From Eledone cirrhosa (lineage: Eukaryota), in NCBI GenBank assembly GCA_964016885.1, contig OZ024743.1:184016001-184080000 (forward strand): a DNA stretch of 64,000 nucleotides, read 5' to 3'. The notes under the pieces are model-generated. The model worked only from the letters and a program-made list of their open reading frames with translations, was not told the DNA's origin and made no database searches. This document shows, one piece after another, positions 41,626 through 52,409 of this stretch. Position 1 is the first letter of the stretch. The number at the start of each line of letters is the position of its first letter. The position numbers and the translations under genes were made by a program.

Positions 41626-41932
41626 TAAATATGATCAGAATTGACAATAGATCGGCTTTAAAGAAAGTGAAAATATCTCCTCCAGTTCACTAGATTCATT
41701 GTGCTAACACATATTAGGGTTAAGATTTGTATGAGAGTCAGGGTTAAGCTCGATTAGAATTAGGGTTAGAGTTTGTTAGGGTTCTCTTTTGTGTGTGTGT
41801 GTGTGTGCGCGTACGTGCATATGTGTGTGCATGTAAGCAGAATATATTTAAATGAATCCAGTGAATCAGAGAAGAGATTTCCATTTTCTTCAAAGTAGAT
41901 CTATTGTCAATGATATTCTGTGCTCACATTTA
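41626..41932. mobile_element. MITE-like element with ~60-70-bp imperfect TIRs and internal TTAGGG motifs
   Basis: attgacaatagatcggctttaaagaaagtgaaaat...gattcattt at 41640-41700 is the inverse complement of 41850-41911. Confidence 0.65.
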
Positions 41933-43399
41933 CATTACATTTGATTGAGTTAACAAATTTAAAATAAAAAATAACATATTTGTATTTCTGAAATGATAGA
42001 TTCATATATAAGTTACGGGAGAACAGTTAAGAGAAGACGAAAATGACTGTATTGGATGTGTTGTCTGATATGAGGTGAGGCTGTAATGTGTGTGAGAGTG
42101 TGTGTGAGAGAGACACGAAAAAAAAAAACAATCATAAAACTTCCTTATTAGGCTGGGGGAGTAAACTGCCAATTAAATGGTAGCATTAGCCTTGGATTTT
42201 AAATGTTGTGAAATAACCATAGTCAGTATGATCGTTTTCAGCTCCAAAGGACGTCATCTAAAACACAGCAATATACCACATAACATTGCTTCTGAAGTGT
42301 TGCTTTGTTAGTACAGTCTGTAAGTAGTATATGGATAAAAGCTGGAGGGTAGATTAATAGTATCAATTTTTCTTTGTTCTGTAAAATCAAAGACTAAAAC
42401 GACTTTATAAAAGCTAATGCAATATTGTTAAACCTTCCTATAGATCAAAGGATCTATAGTTTAAACCGTTTCTAGACTTTCGTGGGGCATTACTCTCTCT
42501 ATCTGAATATCTAACACTTTAATTGAATCTCTCTCTCTTTCTGCCTCTCCCTCAGTGTCTCTCTCTCTTTAGATGTGTGAGAGTGTATTTGTGTGTATGT
42601 ATGTGTGAGTAATTTTCATCTGGTTCAACCAACCAATAACCATCTTTCTTTTATATTATAATATAGATTATTGTTTGGATTGTATTAGCACTATTTCTTA
42701 TTACTACTAGCTCATCAAGCTGTACTATATGTAAAAAAAGCCATAAAATACGATTTAGTTGACGTTAACTTCAACACCTTAGTATACTCTAGTAAGTAAG
42801 CATTACTGAAGATGGATAAAAATCCTGAAATACATATATAACGTTCTTACATGGATATTGAAGTAGCTGTGATATGATCACAGCTTATAATACTCATAGC
42901 ATGACTATGTGTATGTTTATTATAAATAAACATATTGTATATGTTTCATATACATCTCTATTCTGAACCATGTTGTGTTAATGTTATTGCAAATTACTAT
43001 TAATTTAATTCATGTGATTTGGTTTGTAAACTTTTATAAACTTAATGATTTGACCTGAAATCTTCAGTTGTTTCTGGGTACCATCACTTTATAAAATATC
43101 AAAATCTTAAAGATAAAAAGGAAAGGAATGAGCTTGACCTTAGATTAAACCTAAGAAACTATGTTTTCATTGGGCTTTTAATTGTTGCAACTACTAGCAG
43201 AAACATCACTGCATTTCTGGTGGATTTGAACTCAGAACATACAGAGCCAGGAAAAATACTACAAGGCATTCTATTCAATACTTGAACAATTCCACTGAAC
43301 CTCCACTGTCCCTTGAACTCAAAAGAAAGTCAAAGTTAACTGCAGCGGGATTTGAACTCAGAATGCAGAGAACTCAAATTTAATTCGGCAAGTTAACAA

Positions 43400-46300
43400 C
43401 CCTTCTCAGCAGAGCTGTTCTGCTAGAGAATGTGTCACAGGTGGTGGATATCGATACAGCCACCATATATGATAGCTAGTTGCGATATAAGCGGGGGTCT
43501 GTCGAACAAATAAGCAACTCCAGACTAACAGGGGAGATAGCTACGACGAGGCAAGTAAAGGCCACCTCTAAATAAGCCGAGCCTTCGCGGGTTTAACAAA
43601 GTACCAGGCTGGTGACTGGCATAAATAAGACCACCGAAACTGAAACTACAATATGATGAGGAAAACAAAGAAAACCAAACTTTTGCGCGGGTTAACATGG
43701 GACGTATCCAGACCTTAGGTAGAGTGGCCTATTCGAAAAATATATTGAAGTAACCATTTCATGCTGCAAAAACTGGCGATGGTCCTACGACCTGCCCTGA
43801 GAGGCGTCAGATGGATGCACAAAGATTACGTATCCTGAGACCCCAAAGAGAGTCCAGAAGGGAGCAAACCTTGACAGTTGGAACCTGGAACATCACAACT
43901 CTTACAGGTAAGGAGCAGGAACTAGTGGAGGAGGTTAGATGCTACCAACGAGATATAGTCAGGGTTTCCTCAACTGTTGTGATGGTGTAACATACCTGTT
44001 TTGTATATTTGTACGAAACGAGGGTCACAGCCAAGGTATTTACCAGGCGTAATTCCGAACTACCGACAAGAGACTACAATGAAACTCCATACACACAGTC
44101 TACCTGACAGTTCACTTCAGTTCTTACTTATAGACTGTTCACCTAGTCCACTTTTAGTTACGTGGGGGTGTTCAGGGTTTTTCCCCACAACATCTCCCCT
44201 TTTAAGATCCTCTTCCTCGGGGATGTGGATATCTTTTTTTTCAGTTTTCATTCCACCTCTCCCTTTTTGAGAACTTAACTCTGTCCGGAACTTAATATTA
44301 TTTACGTTTTGGATCCACTTCTAATAATTCTGTATGTTTCCTTTTCCTTGTACTTGTACATGTAAGTTCAACAATTTCTTTGGGAGTTGGCACATCAAAA
44401 ATATCATATAACACTTCATTTCTCATGACCCTTTCTTCAGCAAACCTTTTTTTTAACTGATTTATATGTATCTTATGTCCCCATTTGTGACCTTTTACCA
44501 TATACAACATTTTACCAATTTGTTTACTTATCATGCCGTCTTCCCACATTTCTTTACCATTTTTATACATTCTAAAAAAACATTTTGTTGCCAATTTTGA
44601 AAAATGTATCATTTTTGTTATCCGATATTTTTCTTTTTCAACCTGGTAGTAGTTTGTCAAACACTGACTTAATTTTCCTTGCAAACATCAATTCCGCAAG
44701 TCCCATGCCTGCAGGGGTATTAGGATTCAGCATTACCCGGTATACTCGTAAGAATTGTTGAAGTGCTAAATCATCCACTATTTCATTGTTTGCTTTCTTT
44801 AAGGCCCTCTTAAATATATCCACAAAATGTTCCGCTTGTCCTTTTGACCTTGGATGATATGGTGTAGTGGTAACATGTTCAATAGAGAACATTTTACAAA
44901 ATATTTTTAATTCATACACGGTGAATTGTGTCCCATTATCAGAAACTACGGTATCAGGAATACCATATCTTGAAAAGAATTTGTGTAAAAAAACTTACTG
45001 TACCCGAGGAGGTTAGGTTTTTACACTTACAAATTTCAGGTCGCTTAGTAAAACCATCTACCACTACAAGATAATTGTTTCTACTTTTGGTACAAAGCCA
45101 GCAATTATCCGAGTGCATTATTGGTGCTTTATTCTATCAACCCTGTAAGGATGAAAGGGAAGGTTAACCTCGGCGAGGTATTCACCAGGTTTAATTCCGA
45201 ACTACCAATGAGAGGCTACAACAAGACTCAGTACACACAATCTACCTGACAGTTCACTTCAGGTCTTATTTATAGGCTTTTCACCTAGTCCACTTTTAGT
45301 TATGCGTATTCAGGGGTTTTTCCCCACAACATCTACAAAGTTCCGTGGCTCTAATATTATAAATTTGGATGGAGGATGGAAACTGTACTATTCAGAGTGG
45401 CACCAGAAATGACTGCACAGGTGGAGGTGGGGATACTCACAAGCCCCCAGCTGTCAGAATGTGTTATGGACTGGATCTTATTGTGAGGGAGAATTTACCT
45501 CTTGAAGCTTAGGCTGAAAGATAGGTCTCTGTGGGTGATGCAAGTTTATGCACCAAACAAGGAGACATAATACAGATCCTTCCTTGATGAAGTCTCTTTA
45601 GCATTAGATGTAGTTAAGACTGAGTCATATATATTGACGGGAGAATTCAATGCACATGTTGGCACTGACGACCATGGAAAAGGGTGATTAGAAGAAATAG
45701 CAACCCTGATATAAATACGAGTGAAGAGGCCTTATTAGACTTCTGTTCTAGCAATAGACTCTCTATTATGAACACCTTCTTCCAGCACAGAAATATCCAT
45801 AAATATACATGCATGGTATAAGGGGAATCAGAGACAGAGATCAATAATTGATTTTGTTATTGTCTCTGATTTCTTTGATTTTGTGTTGGATGTTCATGTT
45901 AAGAGAGGGGCAGAGCTGTCAACTGATCACCATCTAGTTACCTGCAACTTGAGACTACCTAAAGCCAAAGAAGCCCACAAAACTGGCAGGCCCAGAGAGA
46001 CCTATAGGATAAAGTGGGAAGTGTTGGTGGATAAGGAAGTCAGGACCAGGTATGCAGATACTATTGCATCCAATTTCAGAGAACTCCCTGGGCTAACTGA
46101 GGACGTTCAGTGCAGCAGTTTCTGCTTCAGCTGTTAAATGCTGCGGGCGAAAGAGGCTGTGTGCAGCCCCGAATGGCAAGAAGACTTTTTGGTTCAATCA
46201 AGATGTCAAAGATGCTATCTGAGCAAATAAGGAGGCTTACAAAGCTTGGTTTGGAAATAAGTCCTCCTTTTTGCATTTGTGGTAAAAGCAGGCACAAAAA

Positions 46301-48050
46301 ATCACAGTAGAGGCTGTAAAAGCATCCAAAGTTAAGACATGGGAAGACTTTGTGGTTAAGCTGGAATCTGACTTCAGATGAGCAAATAAAGTGTACTGAC
46401 AGACCATCCACTGACTTCGTAATAAGAAGCCCTCTTTCACACCTGCTATCAAGAATGCGTTTTGGGTGCTCCTCTCTTCAGAGAGGTGCATCCTCGTGAA
46501 ATAGAGAGAATACTTTTCTGATCTCCAAAACCCAACACAACAGCATCTTTAGATGTACATGAGGTGCATCTGCGAACTGTGACTTATCTCTCAGAGGCTG
46601 AAGCCACAAGAGCAGTTGAAGAGCTCAAATGTGGTAAAGCTACTGTGGAAGATGAAATCCAGTCTAAGATGTTAAAAGCCTTAAATAGAGAAGGTATTCT
46701 CTGGCTGACTCATGTTTGCTGGGAGGTCTGGATATCTGGAAAGGCACCTAAGCAATAGCAATCAGGAGTGATAATCCCAATTTTCAAAAAGGGATATAAG
46801 AGAGATTGTTCCAATTACGGAGGGATCTCCTTGTTAAGCCTGCCCGGTAAAGTCTAAGCTAAGTGTCTGTCAAAGACATGCAGGGAGTTTGTCGAGTCCA
46901 AATATTCACACTGCAGCAGGTATTCGAGAAATCGTGGGAGTATTGCCAAGAAGTATATTCTTGCTTTGTCGACCTTCAGAAGGCATCTGAATGTATTTCT
47001 CAGGACCTGCTGTGGAAGCTGGGAGTATGGGATTGATGGTCAGCTTCTTGCTGCCCTGATGTCTCTATACGAATGCCCGAGTTTTTGTGTTTGGATAAAT
47101 GGTGCTAAATCGAAACTATTCAATATGGGAGTTGGACTCGGCCAAGGGTGCTTACTGTCACCTCTCCTCTTCATTATTTACATGAACAGTATTGACATAC
47201 ACAGCTGGGTTGGAAGTGGTATTTCACCTGGTGGGTGTAAAATCAGTCAGCTGGAGTTTGTTGACAACATGTTGTTACTTAACTCATCAGAAGGTGATCT
47301 CCAACTTGCACTTAATAGGTTTGATGCAGAGTGCTCCATGGCTGGAATGAGAACCAGTTCTGTGAAAACTGAGATACTAGGACTCTCAAGGAAGCCTGCA
47401 CAGTGCACTCTACATGTGAATGGAGTTCCATTGAAGCAGGTAGAGAATTCAAGTATCTCAGGGCCATGTTTATGAGTGATGGAAGGCAGGAGGCTGAATT
47501 AAGTGTAAGACTTGCAAAAGTTGTTGCAGTAAAGCATCAGTTTCAACAATTAGAAGAAGGGAGGTAGGCGTAAAAGCCAAACTCGTTGTCTTCAATTCAG
47601 TTTTCATGCCAACCCTTATGTATGGCCATAAATTTTGGGTAATGACCGAAAGAATACAATCGCAAATACAAGCAGCCAAAATAGGATTTCTCCAAAGGAT
47701 CTTTGGAGTAACATTACTCAATAAAGTGCATAGCTTGGAGATCAGGGAGTCCCTCCAGGTAGAGCTGCTACTTCTCCAAATTTAGAGATCACAGTTCCAA
47801 TACTATGGGCATGTGGTTAGACTGTCTCAGGAAAGAATCGCTGAACAGATTTTAAGGGCAAAACCAACCAACAAGAGACCTAGGGGTAGACCCCAAGCAA
47901 GATGGATGGATAACATCCATGAGCTTGACTGGTGACGTTTGGGGATCCAGCTGGATCAGTTGGAGATGGTTGATTTTGACAGACCTGCTGGAAGGAGCAT
48001 TTAAGGACTCTTCCCCACAACCCTCTCAGGAATAAGTGGGCGAAGAAGAT
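43400..48050 (+). mobile_element. Near-full-length degenerate RTE-clade LINE (EN and RT), interrupted by an LTR element
   Basis: LTVGTWNITTLTGKEQELVEEV, GEFNAHVG, STDHHLV, IPIFKKG..RDCSNYGGISLLSLPGKV, GQGCLLSPLLF, GRPQARW; tail gaagaagat. Confidence 0.9.
43975..45331 (-). mobile_element. Internally deleted Gypsy LTR element (integrase remnant) with two LTRs, PPT and 5-bp TSD
   Basis: LTRs 43975-44192 and partial 45177-45331 (TG...CA). PPT aaaaggggaga next to the 3' LTR. Integrase motifs GIPDTVVSDNGTQF and PYHPRSKGQAEHFV. TSD tcaac/tctac. Confidence 0.85.
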
Positions 48051-48966
48051 GTTAATAACTCTGCCAATTTACTGAGAGAGTAATATTAGGTAAAAAATAA
48101 CAAATGTGCAGAATTAATTCTGCCAAGTATTTAACTTGAAGCTAATTATTTTGCCATTTGAAGGAGTGGACACAACATGGTGGTTGAGAGGCGAGATGAG
48201 TAAGTAGGGAATTCCTGAGTAGAGGTGGTATGAAAAAGAAAGCAACCAAAAACAAGAGTGAGTGAAATAAGAAAATATGTATATAAAGAGCACCAGAAAG
48301 AGAGAGAATAAACGTAAAAGTATATTTAGTTGTATAGCTCAAGGACACAATAAGCCATTCAGTCCAGGAATTGAACTCATGAGCCTGGCACTCTAACTAC
48401 TAAATCACATGACTTCATTATCACAAACACACTGAAAATTTCACCAAAACATTGTATTAATCTATTTAAGAACTTGCCTGTATACTATGTAAATATCTTC
48501 TAGTATATGAGACAATCGGCAGAATATGACCCTTAGTGCTCTTCTGATTTTAGGTGTTACATGAGCTTAATAATCCAATTGATAATTATAATCAATAAGT
48601 ATAAAGAGTGCTATTTAAGCATGCAGTCTACCACAGTAGTTTATGCGGTGTAATAATCATACCTGTCTATGAAGACCTCAGCTGATATTTTGGTTAGGGT
48701 TAAGGTTTCTATCAATTTTTTTTTATATTAGGCAACAGACAAATAGTATTTTTAATAACTGTAAGAAAAAATGTAATTATCATACCAGAGTTGGTAATAG
48801 CTCTTTGATCTAAAATGTTTACATGTGCTGGTAGTTGCATACTAACTGTAAAAGGCTAGGTAATCTACATATTACAGTGTAAATCCCTAGGTAGACCCCA
48901 TGCTAAATTGTAAATGGTCAGGTAGGCTGCACACTAAAGTGGCATTATATATAGTATGAGACTTAC

Positions 48967-49116
48967 TTTCACAAATACGCCCTGGTTTCAGTAGAAATTT
49001 GTTGGAAATATCATTGAAATCTTGCTTACAAGTGCAGGTGTATGAACCGATGCTGTTATTACAGTCTGCATCTTTAGAACACTGATGGATGTTTGGAATT
49101 TCACATTCATTCACAT
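48967..49116 (-). CDS. PKD1-like gene exon: calcium-binding EGF domain
   Basis: Acceptor gaaccttAG, donor A|gtaagt. 150 nt, phase 1-1. DVNECEIPNIHQCSKDADCNNSIGSYTCTCKQDF...ICE is a cbEGF consensus. Confidence 0.88.
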
Positions 49117-49239
49117 CTAAGGTTCAAGAGAAAAAAAATTAAAACATATAAATTGTATTGGCAACAGTGTATGAAAGTGATGGTGGCAGATCAGATATGC
49201 ACACTGTATAATACACAAAGGATTTTTTTAAAACATGGA

Positions 49240-49900
49240 TTGTGATAAAATTGGGGGAGGAAAAACCCAGTGCTCACATATTCCCTCCACAACCCCAATC
49301 TCAAGAAGTCTTCTTGGGCATTATTGTCAACAGTAATTTGCATTGGACAAAGCACATCTCTAGAATTATCAAGAAAACTGAGGGTGACTTAGCATTACTC
49401 AGTAAGACCTTGGTCAGCCACTCTCCATCGATCTATTTAAAACTCTATATAGCTATGGTGCATCCACACTTAGAATTTGCATCACCAGTCTGGAACCCCT
49501 TGCTTTCCTGGGCATGGATACATTAAAGCTCTGACATCTTTCCAACAACAAACCTGAGCACCTTTTTGAATTCCATAAATCAGAAAACAGTACAACTTCC
49601 ATGACTTTCAGAAACATTTTTTCATGCTCAGAGTTGCTGAAGCATGGAACAAACTACTTGCATCAGTTGTTAGCTGTCGGGACACTGTATCCTTCAAAAT
49701 CTCCATGCTTCCTGAAATTCACCAGCACTACACCTGATATTATCCCTCCATACACACGCACACATATATGTGTGCATCTGTATGTATATAATGACTCATA
49801 CAATGTTCACTTTCCTAACATTTGTACATTATTCTCTGTACTATACATGCACCTTTGATGAGTTGTAGTGCGCCTGAACACTGTACACAATAATTTTCAT
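49240..49900 (+). mobile_element. CR1/Jockey-group LINE 3' fragment
   Basis: LGIIVNSNLHWTKHISRII...LYIAMVHPHLEFASPVWNP. Confidence 0.75.
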
Positions 49901-50384
49901 TATTATTTTAAAATCAAATCGAGGTCCTGCTTCATCTTTAACACTATATTGTATTTAGGCTAATACTTTATTGTTTCCACTACTCTTTGCCTTATAAAAA
50001 TAATAACAATGATGACAACAACAACAATAATTGATAGAAACAGTAGGATATGTTACAATAATTAGATAAATCACTTTACATTCTGATTTTAAATCTTACT
50101 ATGATCAATTTTTACCTTTCATCTTTCAAGGATTCATAAAATAAATATCACTCAAGAACTGGACGATTTAATTGATTATACACTTGTGGTATTTGTTCCA
50201 GCTCTTTACATCCCCAGTTCAAATCCTGCCAAGGTCAACATGGATTTTCATTTTTCTGGGTCAATAAGATAAAGTACCAGTGAAGTTCTGGAGGTGATAT
50301 AATCTACTTATCCTTCCCCTCAAATTGCTGGTCTTGTGCATCAATTAGAAATCATTATTATTGTAGCCATTATTATTGTAGCCA

Positions 50385-50580
50385 AGGGCGGTGAATTGGC
50401 AGTATCGGTAGAGGGTCAGACGCCATGCTTTCTAGCATAGTTATGTCCCTTTATGATCTGAGTTCAAATCTCTCCGAGGTTAACTTTGCCTGTCATCCTT
50501 ACGGGGTCGATAAAATAAAGTACCAGTAATGTACTGGATAATTGCTGGCCTTGTGCCAAAAAGTAGAAACAATTATTATT
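50385..50580 (+). mobile_element. tRNA-derived SINE with TSD, inserted in the ATT tail of an older SINE
   Basis: TSD attattattgtagcca flanks the copy. Confidence 0.85.
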
Positions 50581-51033
50581 GTAGCCATTATTATGATCAG
50601 GCCTAGAGGGGCATTTTAAAAAATACAAATTGAAATATAGTCAACTGAGTAGACTTTAGTAAATTACTGATAATTCTGTTATTGATTTTACAGTTACTGA
50701 ACCCTGATGTAATTTGAAGTTAGAAAAACGTTGTACAGGACTTTATTGCTTTGCAATATTTATTATGGTTCCCCACATTGCTTGTTCAAATCTTGCCATG
50801 GTCAACTTTGCCTTTCATCCTTCCAGGGCTAAAGTACCAGTCCAGTACTTGGGTAGATATAATTGATTTTCCTCTCCCTCCAAAATTGCTGGCTTTGTGC
50901 CCATTAGAAACCCTTATTATTGATGTTGTTGTTGTTCTTTTTCTTGTTATTGACTTGAGCCTGTGATATGATTTCAAGTCCAAGGTTTTTCACAAGGAAA
51001 GCAAGAATATTACAGTTTCTTGTTTATACTTAC

Positions 51034-51250
51034 CAAAGATAAGTGTTTTGTTTGAGTCTATCATTAAACTTCTTTGCTGTTGAAGACTGTTGTTTTGTAA
51101 TAATAATTTGATGACCTCATCAACAGTCAGTACAGAGTTGGCAGTAAAATAAAGAAGAACATGAACTACAATACTTCCATCTGTTACAGACAAGATTTTC
51201 ACATCGAGGTAGTATTCCCCAGCCACAGTATGATTTGCATTCTCATTAAT
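51034..51250 (-). CDS. PKD1-like gene exon: C-terminal half of SEA domain with GSIVV motif
   Basis: Acceptor ctatccttcAG, donor G|gtaagt. 217 nt, phase 0-1. INENANHTVAGEYYLDVKILSVTDGSIVVHVLLYF... Confidence 0.8.
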
Positions 51251-51859
51251 CTGAAGGATAGAAATTTAAAGACATTTTACTTTCTATATTTCTCTTAAGT
51301 CAGGTAGAATTGTTAGAGCATCATACAATAATTTTCACCATTATTATCATCAGAGAGGGTCGTGGATTGGCAGTACCATTAGAGCATCGATCATGCTTTG
51401 CAACGTGGAGTTACGGCCCTTTACTCTCTGAGTTCAAATCCCCCCGAGGTTAGCTTTGACTTTCATCCTTACGGGGTCGATAAAATAAAGCACCAGTAAC
51501 ACACTGACACTGGGGTCGATTTAATTGACTTTCCCCTCTTCACCAAATTGTTGGCTTCATGCCTAAATCAGAAACCATTATTATAAGCGGTGAATTGGCA
51601 GTATCGGTAGAGCGTTGGACACCATGCATTGTAGCATAGAGTTACGGCCCATGCTTTGTAAGTGAAATTTTGTAGATGGAAACTGTGTGAAAGCCTGTCA
51701 TATATAATTGTGTGTTTGTATGTGTATTTACATTGCTGTTTATGTCTCATAAGTTAGCAATTCAATAAATAGAGATAAAACCCTTCAAGGTAGTGCTCCA
51801 GAATAGCCTCAGTCCAGTGACTGAAGCCACTATAAAAATAATCTAGAATATCAACTTAC

Positions 51860-51987
51860 CAATGACTTTATATGTTGTAAAATAGTTTGGTACCTAGCGG
51901 AGTTTGAAATGTTCATATCACTTGTAAATATAGCTGGTTTTTCTTCTAGTTCAAGTATGTGAACGGAACCTTCAAATAATTGTATTG
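51860..51987 (-). CDS. Polycystin-1/PKDREJ-like gene, first visible exon (N-terminal half of SEA domain)
   Basis: Acceptor ttttatctctttaaAG, donor TTG|gtaagt. 128 nt, phase 1-0. AIQLFEGSVHILELEEKPAIFTSDMNISNSARYQTILQHIKSL fits the SEA N-terminal pattern. Confidence 0.75.
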
Positions 51988-52139
51988 CTTTAAAGAGATA
52001 AAAGAAAACAAACATTAAAATTTCAGATTTGTAGTTTTCTGGCAGGTGACTTGATCTGAGATTCGGTGTTGAAAGCAAAAAGCAATGATATTGTGGAAAA
52101 GTAAATGCATGGAACAAAGTACTTGCATCAGTTGTTAGC

Positions 52140-52408
52140 TGCCAGGATAAACTCTACAGGCATGGAAGTGCCGTCAGCCAGGCATGTCCAAGATGCGCGC
52201 AGGGCGACGAAACCGTCCTGCATGCACTCGTCCAGTGTCCGAGAATTGCTGACTTGTGGGTTTATGTTGAACACCTGCTGTCGCGTGTAGGACGGATCCG
52301 GCTATCAGCTGAGTCCATCATGAGGATTGCCCCGCCTTCTTCCTTTAGCCGGAAAGGGCAGGCAGTTTTTATCTGTCTGGTGGCCATGGCGAAAGAGATA
52401 GTATGGTG
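52140..52408 (+). mobile_element. Tx1-like LINE ORF2 C-terminal fragment
   Basis: Near-identical to 61165-61430 (DKLYRHG..CPRC..DETVLHALVQC). Confidence 0.85.
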
Positions 52409-52409
52409 T

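Noticed and set aside
43400-43465. HDV-like ribozyme at the RTE 5' end
   Set aside because: Two hairpins are visible, but I could not build the nested double pseudoknot by eye.
246-51987. Assigning a specific symbol (PKD1, PKD1L2, PKDREJ)
   Set aside because: The family is clear, but orthology needs a phylogeny that includes the TM region, which lies outside the window.
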